DNA from: Moniliella sp. 'wahieum'
Lineage: Eukaryota
Reading direction: 5' to 3'
Length of the DNA stretch: 64,000 nucleotides
Assembly: GCA_003971905.1 (NCBI GenBank)
Contig: RSEE01000038.1
Location: 372,001-436,000, forward strand
The notes beneath the pieces were generated by a model that made no database searches, was not told the DNA's origin, and saw only the letters and a program-made list of their open reading frames with translations. Shown one piece after another: positions 22,602 through 35,554 of this stretch; the stretch's first letter is position 1; each line of letters begins with the position of its first letter. The translations under genes were made by a program, and so were the position numbers.

Positions 22602-25600
22602 GGGAGCCGCATGGGCAATGGAGGGCAGGAGGCAGGCGGCGGGCGGCGGGAGCAAGCGGGTGGCGGGCGAGGGAATGCGGGTGGGCGTCGACGGCCAGCG
22701 CTGGCTGGGCTGGATGCGGACTGGTGCTGATGCGGATGGATGACGGGGACTATTCGGCGCTTGAAGAGCGGCGTGGAGCTTATTGTGTGTGCTTGCTGGG
22801 CACTGGGCTGCTGCCTGCTGCTGCCCCGCCTGCCCCACCGGCCACCGCAGCGCCGTCGGCATCACCGACACGCAGCATCATCCATCACGCATTGCATTCG
22901 CATGTCCACAGGCATCAACACCGCTAGTCCCTAGTGCCTAGGCGCCTGGTCACTGGCCTTGTGCCCCTGCATCAGCATCCCATGCACCACGGTATCACCT
23001 GGATGCATAGCCTTGCGTCGCCAGCAGATGTGCGACCTGTGACATGTGATGTGTGTGATGTGTGGTGCATGGGGGGGATCTACTGCCTGAGCGAGCGTTG
23101 GTTCAACACACAGCACTGGTCCCCGATGCGCGGCCTCGGACAGAACAATCAGTCCTCGGACTCAGTACACAGTGCCATGCCGTGTCATGTGACAGAGACC
23201 AAGGCGGTGCCCCACGTTTTTGCTGCCATATCATAGGGCCCGCATTGGCTGTGGTGGGGGTAGAACAGGTTAGAACCTGCGCGCACCAGTGGTGCTCAAA
23301 AACGACGTGTATAGGAAGCTCCAGCCAATAACCAGTAACCAACACAGCTCGCAGGGGTTTGCACTGGGTGTAGCGCTCGAGACATCCATCGACATGCGAG
23401 CCGTTGCTCCCATGTAGATGTGAATTGATTCGCATGGTATGTGTCTGCCCTCTCTCTGCCCTTCTCTCAGCGCCTCCCGCTTTAGGCCGGCTAATATTTA
23501 AGGTCGGCTCGAACGGTGCGGGGCACACACAAGCCGATCGACCGTGTTCAGCGCGACAATGAGATCTGAGATCGATGACGATGAGAGTCCAACGTCCAAA
23601 ACGTCCAACACTGAGTACTGAATTCAGTGTACTGAGCATTATAGTTTCACGCTGGTAATACTGCTGAGTATTACCGAATGGCTTTCATGCAACCCCCCTA
23701 TCGAATGTATTGTAGAGGCAACTTACTCTTCCAGAGCGTTGTGTCGGAGAGATGACCGTCTGCGTGTCATCGAATGGCAATGGCATCCATTGATGCGATT
23801 GAATATTGAGTCTCGATAGCTCCTAGCTCCTCGACAGTCCTCGACTCGCCACTACTCTTGAGTACGTACTGAGTGCGCTGCAAGCCATCCTGTTGACATG
23901 TTGACAGCAACACTTCTACCACATAGTACGTGGTTGGCATATGAGACACCGGCATTTTGTAGGTACCGCACTTGGTCCCAGGAGACGTAAAATTCTTAAC
24001 CCAAACGTCAAACCGTTGTTTTAGGTTAGCAGAGTGCAGCAAAGTGCAGCCCCTGTCTTTTCGATACACTCGGGAAAATGACGTCAGAACTTCATCCTCC
24101 AAGCTCAAGTCCAACGTTACCGGTTACCGGTTACCGCGTTACTGGTTACTAGAACATGTTACAGCTTACATATGTTTCGCGCCGAAAGCACGTCCCGCCT
24201 TTGCGTACTTAAGCTTCAAGCCGCACGTCCACTTCATCTCGAGCTATATGCGTGCCACGGGCGCATCACTTTATCGCTGTCGGTGTGGGGTAGCCGTACC
24301 TGAGCCTGTTTACTGTGTACTAACTTAACACACTTCTCTTTGTGGCATGCATGTGCGCTGCCGTCACCCGTTAGATATATATGGAGTGCGCAATTATAGT
24401 CACCCAGTCACATCGTTACATTCCCCTCAGTACGTCCTCAGTGGACTCAGATCTCAGAAGACTTCTCACTCAGGGGTTATTCATAGTGTCGCTATTACTA
24501 TTAGTGGCTTAAAACAGTGTTATAACCATAGTGACTCTTGAGTTCCTGTTCACTGATGAGAGTTATGGGAACGACAGTAAAAGGGCATATGAAAAGGATC
24601 GAATGAGGGCATAATATGGGCCAAGAAATATTCTATAGTTGGAGGAAGATTCACATTGAAGGGAAGGTGAGTATAGCCTATGCTTTTTCGCCGGCAATTG
24701 TACTCGAGAGGAAAAGTCTTGTACCAACAGGCGTGGAGAGAGCGACCCGAATCCCACAAGTAGGGAGGAAAATAGTGTTGGAATCAACAACAATTTAACT
24801 TGTAACAACAGTCACTCTGCTATAGTCCCGACGCGCACACAGCGCGCACAGAGGCTACTCGCATCATGGTACATGTCACATGTCACAACATGTAACCGGT
24901 GTCACCGGTGTCACCTGTCCACATCTCAGATCTCACTAGCTCAGAGTTCGCTCATGCTCAGCGCTCATTAATCATTTGTGACCGTCCCCTGTCACAAAGA
25001 TACCCACCATGTCAATGGTCGATTATTGATGCTGAAGCGCCGGAGCTATATGCTAGAGATCGGCCATCCATGTCTCCTACTATCCATAGCACGTGACACA
25101 CGTGCCCAAACGTTCAACATCACAAGCCTTTTCATTCGACAGCGTGGTATATATAGCCTCTATATAGCTTCAACGCTATAGTTTGTTCATGCGCGCGATC
25201 TACCAAAACCCACATCCCACCCTGTTGATGGACGTTATGCAACGCTCGAGCAGTATCAGTTGGTTGGGCTTTTTTGTCTCTGTGTTGAGGACCTTGATCT
25301 CCTTTCCAACCGGATTGTGTGAGAGAGGCCCCATCAGTAATCATGTGTGTGTGGTTCACACAAAAAGCAAAATTTTTGATGGTGTGTGCGCGATGTGTTG
25401 TATTCTCCACGTGCATGCTAAACCTCAGCTTCCCTCCTCCGTCTAACATAAAGTGTAAGACGGGAGGAACACCAGGAATTGGGTGGAGAGCCTCTGGAAA
25501 AAAGGTAGAGCAATAATATATGCCGCCGCGGGGTGGTGTGGTGGTTCAAGTCTAAACCTTCTGCACACCTGAACTTGGAGATCAGCACAAATGTGGGCGG

Positions 25601-25913
25601 TCAGCTTTTGTCATATGCAAATGAGGTGGAATAGGGCCGATGAGGAAATATGAGGTCTCGATCGAGCAGGTTGATCAAGTGTGACTTTTGTGACGTCACC
25701 CAATTGGTGGCGTCTCGATGTCATCGATTCTCTTCCATGAAATCCACAGCAACCAACGTTCCATCTGGATTTTGCTATGTTTTTTCTTATCCCAAGGCAC
25801 CTACTTCACTCCCACCACTGGCGGCATCCAAGATCTCCTACTCCCTACTATTATTCAGAAGCGGGTTCTAGACTATTCTCATTTCCACTGAGCGCTAACC
25901 TCAGCAACAGCCA

Positions 25914-27262
25914 ATGACACTCACCAAGGGTAAAACCGGTCCCCTTCTGCACCACCTAAACGCGTACACAAGTCTTCACGGACCCCGAGACGTGTGCCTA
26001 ATAAACGAAGCAAACTTTCTCCTGAACCGGCACCTATCGTATCAGGGGAGATGCCTGCACCCCCACGAGTTGGATCACCTACCCCTTTCCATGGCCGATT
26101 GGGGTACGCATGCATCAACACGCTCTTGCGCAATGCCAAACCACCAGTGTTCAACAGCCGCACTGTGCGTCTAGCGACAGCCCGTGCAGGTGGGCGAGAA
26201 ACGCTTCTTCGCGTGGCGAGGGAAAACATCCGTGATTTGCTCCGGTGATTGGATGGAACGAAGCTCACTCGATTGGCTTGATGCGGATCTCCAGTGATCT
26301 TTGCCCGTTTGCCTCGCACGAGGAGGTGGGGTACGATGTGCGTCAACTCGAAAGGGACTTTGCCCCTGTTCGTCAGCGCGTCCAAGCGTGGGGGGGACGG
26401 CTCACCATGCACCCAGGACAATAACCCAGCTCGGCAGCCCGCGAGAAAGTGTGGTGCATGCAGCGAGACGGGAGTTGGAGATGCATGCCTCCATTCTCGA
26501 TCTGCTGGGTGCAGAGGATGGAGTAATCGTGATTCATGGAGGAGGGGTGTATGGTAACCGTGCGGGAGCTCTCAAGAGACTAGAAGAGGAGATCGCATCC
26601 CTCACTTCGGCAGTAGAGCAAAAATCGTGCTGGAAAATGATGAAATCAGCTGGTCCGTCGAGGAGCTTTTACCGCTATGCAAGAAGTTGGATGTGCCACT
26701 TGTCCTCGACTTTCATCGTACGTCTTTCATCCCTTTTCTGAACTTTTGTTCTTCAAGATCGCCTTGTATAAGGGGGTGTTCAGGTGTGGTCCTCCTAACT
26801 CGAAAATCAGATGATCTGCTGCGTCCATCGCGGCGACGCCCGAGGAACTCATACCTGAGGTTGAAGCACTCTGGGCCAAAAGGGGAATCAGACCCAAATA
26901 CCACCACAGTGAGCCCAGGGGTGGAGTATCACTCAAAGAGCGTCGGGCACATGCGGGAAGATGTTTGTTTCTTCCCCCCCTGCCACCCGGAGCTGACCTC
27001 ATGGTCGAGGCCAAGGAGAAAGAGCAAGCGGTGTTTGATCTCGCCAGGATTTATGGGCTAAAGGAACAGCCTAACCTTGGAGAGAGTATACCTTGCAAGG
27101 TGGATTTGGAAGAGGCACAGGCGATGCGGGAGGACATGCTGATCCGGGCACAGGAAATCCGAGATCACCTTAACGCCACAGGAAAACGGTTTAAAGTACG
27201 AGCGGGGGGCAGGGGAAGAACAAGACGGAAAGAAGGCGCCTGCAAAAGATGATGGATTGTAA
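25914..27262 (+). CDS. UVE1: UV damage endonuclease (UvdE/Uve1); intron about 26718-26810; frameshifted
   Basis: GRLGYACINTLLR, VFNSRTVRLAT, IVIHGGGVYG, LENDE...LDFH, PKYHHSEP, DLMVEAKEKEQAV. Confidence 0.92.
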
Positions 27263-28944
27263 TTGAGCAATACACATGTATATACTGTGCTGATCCCTCT
27301 CCTGTGCCTTCTTATTGGTGGCAGTTCTCTATCATGATAGTATGGATGTATGGTGGGGCCGATAATGAACACCTGTATAGGTCGAATGTTTTCTCAATCC
27401 GGTGGGAAAATGCAACTTTATGGATGGTTGCGACCCGTTCCTTCACAACGTTTTCTGTGAATATCATGGAAACGGATATCCGGGTGCGGTTAAATCAGTC
27501 ATGATAGTACCTTTTGGATATGGGTTACCTACTATTATACAGACAACAAGAGCCTAGCTCCATGGTGCGCTGTAATAATATGATTGTGGTGCGAAGAGAG
27601 AAAGGGTGTTATAGGATACTCCCATAGAGGGTGTCGAGAGGCTACTGAGGTTACTGTGACAGATCTTTTGCACCGTGGAGGTCATACAAGAGGCACCCTC
27701 GAATAGTATCGTGATGAAAGGAGCAGCCCAGGCGAGAAAAGAGCGTGGCAAGGATGTATTGAGTGTTTTGGAGCGAAGAGCAAGGAGTGGTGTGGTCGCA
27801 ACACAGGGAGGAGTAAAGGACGGGTGTGCGGGCTGCCCGCCGTGCCCCCCCCAGTGCTGAGAAAGAAGCGCATTGTATCGACTGTACCATGCAGCCTGGG
27901 CAAGCTATCCATCTACTACGTCTTCACAACAGGAGAGGTCTGTGACCAGTCCGGCTTCGAGTTGTCTCCACGCGAACGTAGAAATCCCATCTACCGGGAG
28001 TATATATATACCTCTCAGATGGGGTGAAATATAATACAGTGAGAGAGAGTACTACTATGAGAGCGTTCAACTGAAAACACAACGAGAGCCGGGATCCGAT
28101 GTCCCATCGAAGCGATAGCACGTCTTCCTTCGGATAATGCATAACCGGGGGAAACCTCTTCTACGACGACAGGGGTGCGATGAGGTCACGCCAATACGCG
28201 CGTACTATAAATACCCCGCGGATATAATCGCTTTTGAAATGGCTAGTGCTGGCATCATGCATCATGCACCATGCGGGCCCTAAGTCCGATGCAGTGTGGG
28301 GTTCACACTCAGTGTACACAGAGGTCACAGTGACACTGAGGCTTGAGTTCTTGAGTACTCAGGCTGAGTCCCGAGTCATAGTCAAGCCTGCCTGAGCCTG
28401 AGGTTCAGGCGCTCAGGCTTGAGGGTGTCGTTTTCCCTTCCGTACTTTCCCGCCTGGCGACCCAGTAGCAACCCGCGTGGTGCTTACGCTGGAGAGAGAG
28501 CAACCAGAAAAGACGGCAGAGAACGGGGCTGCTTGCCTGTCTCGGGAATGCTACTATCATCCGTACATCACCATCATGGATCTGCACCAAATTTTGATGT
28601 TTCAAACATCTTGGGTCTTGCTGAAGAGAAGATGCAATGGCTCGTGACGCATATCTCCGCTCTCGCCTCTGAGATCTGCCTTCGGGCTAGTGATTTCTAA
28701 GATGGTCATCTGAGGTCTGAGAACTGACCAGTCCTAGTACCAGTGACTCCTCAAGGCCTCAAACCTTCAAGCTTCAAGCCTCAAACGGAACGCTTAAGTC
28801 CGATACTGAGGATCTAATCTGGCAGCCACACACATCTGGATCATGGGGATCGTGTCCCACTGGCAATAAATCGTTTTCTCAACCAAAAAGTGCGCCGTTC
28901 TTCAATTCCCCCACCCCCCACCCCGTTATTCTCTTTTCTCCCTC

Positions 28945-30720
28945 ATGACCTGTACCTCAGGCGGTAAACTGAACCTCTCGCTGATGTCGAAGAACCTACT
29001 CTATCCTTCAGCATTGCCGCCGAGGAGGGCGGGAGCGCACAGTTGGTGGAGAACGGTGAGGCCGGTGAGCTGGATCCTGCGGTGTGAAAGATGGTCAACG
29101 CTATGTGACCATCAGTTTCCCAGTGGGGGATAAGGAAAACCCGATGAATTGGCCATTGTGTATGTCCCCGCCTCTATCTCCACCTCCTGCGCCTCCTTTA
29201 TCCTGACCTGGTCTTATGTTGGTTCCTAACAGGGAAGAAGCATGTAGTGCTTGGAATCTGTTTTCTGTATGCATTTCTGGTCGCCTTGAATGGGGCGAGC
29301 TATACGGATGGCAGGCTGGGGGTAACCCAAGATATCCCTGTGGGCGTGTATGTGTACCTACTGGTCATCACAGTTACCCTTACTTGCATTGCCTTTGGCC
29401 CCATGGCGCTTGCCCCACTCAGCGAGGTGCTAGGTAGGCGGCCGATCTATACCGCCTCCATCTGGTTGTATGTCGTGACCTTCATCCCACAAGCCTTGGC
29501 CAAAACATCACTACTTTTTCGTCACGCGCATTTTTCATGGCCTCGCTGTACGTCTGCTTCCTCGCCTCTCTTCCCATGGTATCCACCGACCGAAAAAGAA
29601 GACGTTAACAACTTCAGTGTGTCGCAGTGCTCCGTTGGGAACAGCATGGTGGCTGGGAGTGTGTCGGACCTATTCGAGTCCAAAGACCGAGGCCTGTACG
29701 TGGGGTTATTTAGTCTCGCAGTTTTTCTCGGCCAAGGCATCGGGCCCATCATGGGCGCCGGGCTGGCCAAACTCAATTGGAGGTGGATTTTTGGACGCAA
29801 GCGATCGCGAATGGGGTATGCGGTGTGCTGATGCTGCTCTTTATGTCAGAGACGCGGGACTGATCATCTTGCGTCGCAGGGCCAAGAAGATGACAAGAAG
29901 GAAGGCGACGGCACAATCTACCACGCCAAAGGGGACGATGGGGAAAGTTGATGAGGATGGTGGGACCTCTTTAAGCCGTCCGTTTGTCTTTTTTTGTTTG
30001 AACCCGTTTGTTTGTCTACCTCGGTTTACCTCGCCTTCATCTGGGGCATCGTGTTTCTCTTTCTTTCCAGTGTGCCTGTCACTATGGCCGCGGCGCATGG
30101 CTTTACTCAAATCCAATCCTGCCTTGTCCTCCTCGCCGTCGGGGTAGCAGGTGTGATCGGGTGGGGACTCGGCTGGCACCAAGACTACCTCTACCGCAAT
30201 TACAGAAAGACGAAGCTGGACAGACCCCCCCGGAAGCTCGTTTGCTTTACCCTTGCGCTGGGGCATCGGTTTCCCATATCCATGTTCTGGTTTGGATGGT
30301 CAGAGCCGTACACCAACGCAGCTGTCGGCATCGTCGGCTTCACCTTGGGCAATGTGGGGATTTACCTGATCTAGGTCGGCATTTTTCCTACCTGTCGGAC
30401 GTCTACGAACACTTTCCAGCTCGCCTTGGCAGCCAACTCGTGGGCCTCGCAATATAGGTGCAGCCGTCGTGCCCTTGATCGGAGAGGCTATGTACACCAA
30501 CCTCAAATCGCAGGTGGCAACCAGTATCGTTGCCGGAATCGGAGTAGCACTGGGTTTGGTCCCGTTTTCCCTTTTGGTCTACGGCCAGCGCCTACGAACT
30601 CATTCGCCTTTCGCAAAGCAAATATGGGAGGACAAGAGCACTCCTTATTGTACGTCGATGGAGGATGAAACTGCAAGCAAAGACCCCAAGAAAATTCAGG
30701 ATTGGGAGAAGCGTGAATAA
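28945..30720 (+). CDS. MFS drug:H+ antiporter-like (DHA1) transporter; introns; frameshifted
   Basis: ENPMNWP, LAPLSEVLGRRPIY, GSVSDLF...DRG, GIGPIMG, WRWIF, LSRPF...EP, YLSDVY and multiple TM segments. Confidence 0.88.
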
Positions 30721-31198
30721 CTCTCAGGCAGCAGTACACCATTTTCACACCCGTTATACATACTACGGCATCTCCATGACAAGGCTCCTTTACTATCAAG
30801 GCACCCTCCAATCACATTCTCATCGTAATACCATCAGCATACCGTGACCATCCAGACCATTGTGGAGGGACGCCATCCTGCAGGGTGTCATATCGATGTT
30901 ACATAGTAGACCCGCGCTATTAAGAATGCGAGCGAGAATCAGGGAAACGTCATGCCGGCCTATCACTATGCATAGTACTACTGTGGCGTCGTATATACGT
31001 CACGACAGACGATCAAAAGAAGATACTGCTCCACATTAGAATGTGTTTTTTTGTACATTCGTCCAATGTATTTTTCGTCTTCGAAGGTTAGGTCGTGAGC
31101 AGAGACGATGAAAGGGTGTGCGATAAGGAAAAGCCGGGCCAACAAAAGGGATAAGGAGGAGGAAGAGGAAGCGCGGGGACTGAGGGGATGAAGAAGGC

Positions 31199-32308
31199 TT
31201 AATCCGAGCGGGTCAGATCGCCAGCAGGGAGACGGAAGATGGAGGTAGTTCCATCGCACAGACCACAGGCCGCTGTATAGAATGCCAAGAGGGCGGTGAC
31301 GATTCCTATCGCTCCGCCGGCCGTTTGAACATGAGAGCTGCCAGAAAATTCGGCCGCCATCAGCAGGATGAAGGTGAGCCAGAGGAAGAAGACGGTGGAG
31401 ACGAGCGCGACAGAGCTTCGGATGCACGCCGAAAGGAAGATGAATGTCACGATAACCCAGGCACTGAGGAAAATTCCAATCGCGTTTGGGAGCTCATCTG
31501 GAGGAACCGCAGCCTGGATGCCGAACCAGGGAATGAAGATGCACGCATAGGCCCACCAGAAGGAGCCGTCTGTGGGAGAGAAAGGAATTAGTCAGTACAT
31601 ACATAATACAGCAAGATATGCGGAATGGACGGCAATGGCAGCATCTTGCCATATGGGTCAATTAACAACACGTACACATGCACTGTTCAATAAAGCGAGA
31701 GTCCAGGAAGAAAAGAGGACGAGAAGAAAGATGGTGTAGTTAGTAAAGGCTGCAACTGATGGGCGTGCCGAAGAGAGGCATGACAAGACGGGGTATGGTT
31801 GGTAAAACGTACGAAAACTGCTGCACCAAAGGTGTTACCACAGGCAAACTCCCCACACACCCGCAACAAACTGCGCAACGCCTCCCGTGGCCACACAAAG
31901 CGAAACGATGAGTTCAGGATGGGAAACGCCCCGAGTACCGACATTGAACAGAGAAAGAACCCAGGTGGTCGAGGCGAATCCCATCAGGCCCAACGGCGAG
32001 GGCGAACCGAACTTCCTGTATGCGCGCCCTGGTCAGTTCTGTTGGTGGTTCATGGCAGCACCAGAAGGGCGGAGGGGTACAGGGGAGAATGGCACAAATG
32101 CTTACCGATGGTACACAGGGAATGCCGGCTGAGAAGTGTCAACCGTGTGACCGCCCGCAGTCCGGGCACGCAGCAAGGCTGGGAAGCTGGTGTGCGAAGC
32201 ATCTGCCACGGTATGGCCCGCATCGGTTGCTGGTGGAGTGTGCATGTCGCCGGTGGAGTGCTGGATCCCAGCCGCGGCGGACTTCATCTCTTCGTGGCTG
32301 GAGCTCAT
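31199..32308 (-). CDS. Gpr1/Fun34/YaaH (Ady2/Ato) acetate transporter family; several introns
   Basis: SQPAFPVYHR-intron-KFGSPSPLGLMGFASTT, EFACGNTFGAAVF, GSFWWAY, FFLWLTFILL, AGGAIGIVTALLAFY. Confidence 0.9.
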
Positions 32309-33870
32309 GAGGAAGGAGGCAAGAAGGCGTTGGACAGGTGTGGGTGGGGATGAAGACAGGCGATCCGCAAGGACGGCAGAGCAGGCAATGAGTCTTTATA
32401 CCTGTGGGTGTGTGTGGGGGAGAGGGGGGGGGTGTTGCGCTGATGAAGACTAGGTACTAGGGCAAATTGATCGATCATCGATTGTCGGTCCCTACTGCAG
32501 ACTGACAGTAGTGAATAGACAAATGGGTTGGGGGGACATAGACACGCAAAGCCATGAGGGAGCCTGCCCCGCTCATGTGCTGGCCAGCGCACCCAAGGCA
32601 ATGGAGGCCCCTGCCTTGGGCACTGAGCCGAGGCCCTGAGGTGCTGAGGCGCCGGAGGCCTGTGGCCAGGCCCCAGCGGAGAGTAGCGCAGATGACGCAC
32701 CCATGGCAGCCTATCCAGACGAGTGTTGACTTGCCGTGACTAGCGACGGTCCAGCAGGCATGAGCGCTGAGTCTGAGCGCACCACCAGAGGCAGCACTTT
32801 GGTCTTGTGGTGGGTGGCTCCTCCCCAACTGGCTTGGACAGAACTGCTGCCCAAAGCCGCCGAAGAGGGCCTGCTGTGTCGTGGCAGTCTTTGTCGTCGG
32901 GTCATCGAGGTCGGTCATCGGCCGGTCAGACATGGAGCAGCTGCCGGTCCGAGGGAGGGGCGGGAACAACAGAGGTGCCCCACAGGGGGGCTCTGTATCT
33001 GCACCGGTCTCACTGACTCTATCAACCGTCGTCGCAAGGGATGGCTGGTGGGGCAGTACTGTACAATAGAGTGCCGCGCACCGGTGCCTCTATGTGGGAG
33101 GATGGATGATGTCGATGGTGGTCCCATCCGTCGCAACGGCCAGAGAGACGGGGCCATCAGACGGCGAGGGGGCTGTATGGTGGACGCAGTTGTGCCTGTA
33201 GCGAACGCTGAGGCTCAGCGCTGAGTTGAGTTCAACGTACTCCACGCGCTCCACTGGACGTACTCGGTCTGAGTAATGGTGCGCTTGCCTGAGGCGGCCT
33301 GAGGCGTGGAGCCAGACGCTTCAAGCGTCGCTTGACATGGACACGCGCCAGAAGAGCGCTGTGCTGCCCCAGCCCCCACACCCGCCGCTTGCGGCTCCCG
33401 CCCATGCTTGCTGCCGACGAATGGTCCCGCCGGCTGAACGCACCCGCAGCACGCACTGCCCCCGCGCCAGGCCTTCGGCTCACCAGCACGCTTATTCCCG
33501 CTGCGCCTTGGCCGGCTGAGCCGGGGCAGGCGCAGTTAAGCTTCACGCGCTTACGCTTTCGCCCTTCAAGCTTCAGCTTTCTTGTGGTCTCCATTCTCTC
33601 CGATGGCAAGCGGTGCGGCCCCCGGTGCCCGCGTTGGCTCTGGGTTGCTGGGCAGACGGATATACCATCGGCTATACTCCTTCCACCCGGGCACCGCTTC
33701 CCAGTTCCCAGGCAGTGATCGGTGGCCGACCCCTCTGCTCTCCGATCGATCAAATTTCACTCATCTCACTGGTCATTTCGTCCCTGTCATCTTCGTCGGT
33801 TAGGTTTGCCATGGCTTTGCCCTGCTTTGCCGCTACAGGAGGGCGCAAACGTGTCACGTGCAAGGCACGC

Positions 33871-33905
33871 TTCAAGCTTCAAGCTTCAAGCTTCAAGCTT
33901 CAAGC
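33871..33905. repeat. (TTCAAGC)5 perfect heptamer array
   Basis: Five exact tandem copies read directly. Confidence 0.95.
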
Positions 33906-35554
33906 TCACCTCTCCAGTACGTTCGCTATTCCCGCAGGGCCCCCCAGCAGCAGTGCATCAGCCCGCACACTACAGCACATCATACGTGCATCGATCACCG
34001 ATCATCGTTCAATATTCACCTTGGCAGCCTGCACCATGCATCATGCATCAAAAGAGAAGCATATCACCGGTCACCGCCCCCACCCAGGCACGGCTACCGA
34101 GCAAGCAGCTCACGGGCGCCGGCCCCGCTGTCTTACATCTGTTGACGAGTGCGGGGTACGCAGCTGCTGGCATTCATCATTATATGCGCCTGCGGCTGCC
34201 GGCGCAGGCCAAGCTTCGGATGATCACAACGTTCACATGTCAGGCCAACCACGAGAACGAGTGCCGAATCCAACTCTCCATTGTCCATCTCGTCTGCCTC
34301 CACCATCCGAACGTTTTTCACCATTCCAATTGGCCACACCCCTCCAGGATGCCCCACCCTCTCAACGCCACACCTCCTTAGCATGCATGGGATCCCTTCG
34401 CCCCAAGCTTGCCACGTTGAATGATTAATGAGAGTCGCCCAAAAACCACACTCTGTTTACCCGTCCGCTCTATAATTCGATTCTCTTAGCGCCTTTCTCG
34501 GCGTCTCTTCTTCCTCCGTTCCCCGCGGCTCTCCATACACGCAACAGCATTGGACCCAACACCCTGAGCTGCCTCTCAGCCAAGCCATGATCTTAGTCTC
34601 TCCATTATCGGCGCTGCTCAGCGCTCCCCCAGCCTCAGCTCCCTCTCCCCCCGGTGTCTCCCCCGCAAACGAAGATGCGTACAGCACAGCGGTTCGCGGT
34701 GCAGGGGCGACGTATAGCATACCCGATTCATGACAGGCCCCGAGTCGCTCGTTGGCGCAAAAAGTCCCTCATCGCAAAAATTACCTGCGCGTGGGATGTG
34801 GGGAGAAGAGAGCCAAGCAGCCGATCGCCAAAAAAATTGGCTCAAAGCGTGGCTATACGTTATTCTATCCCGCCCCACTGTCATCAATTATCAATGACAG
34901 CTAAATCCCGCCAGCCTTTGCTCAAACGGCGCTCAACGCGCTCAACCCACCTACCTCCTCCTTCTCCTTCAACGTATCAGACCATGATCTCGGCTGAACG
35001 TTGAACGTTGATGTCAGCGTGTGGCATAGACCGGTCCCCCAACATTGTCAGAGAGAGCGGGCGTATCCGCGAGTCAGATGCGCCCATCATGCTGTCCCTC
35101 GAAAGTGAGAGACAACGGAGGGGCGTTGGTCTTGTGACGTTCGGTGCGGGAAGCTGTCAATCGAGAGAGAAGAGAGGGTGTCCTATATTGGGCTTGGCCG
35201 AAACAAGTAGGATGGAGAGCACTGTGTACGCGACGAGCAACGAGGAAACAGGGCCAAAATGCAAGGGCGGTGGTTCCATCCAAATTATACTACGCTGCAC
35301 ACAGACCACAAACCATTGCGACGAACACTACCCATCCATCGTACTTTACTTGGTTCTTTACTTGGGGACAACAAATGATGCGTCATGGAAGTGTGGATTG
35401 AGAGGTAAAATAGGGAATATACGGCGGCTACGAAGCACGAACAAGATCACGAATACCGGGCGAATCCCCTTGTTGGGACGACTGGGTGGGGGGGCCAGGC
35501 ACGCACGGCGGTACCGTTTGCATACGCAAAAGAGCAAAAAAGTGTCCAAAGGCA

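Noticed and set aside
27650..28170. Possible decayed protein-kinase relic (HPRIV, CD..GF and SD...FG-like fragments)
   Set aside because: The fragments are too short and scattered over frames to support without a profile search.
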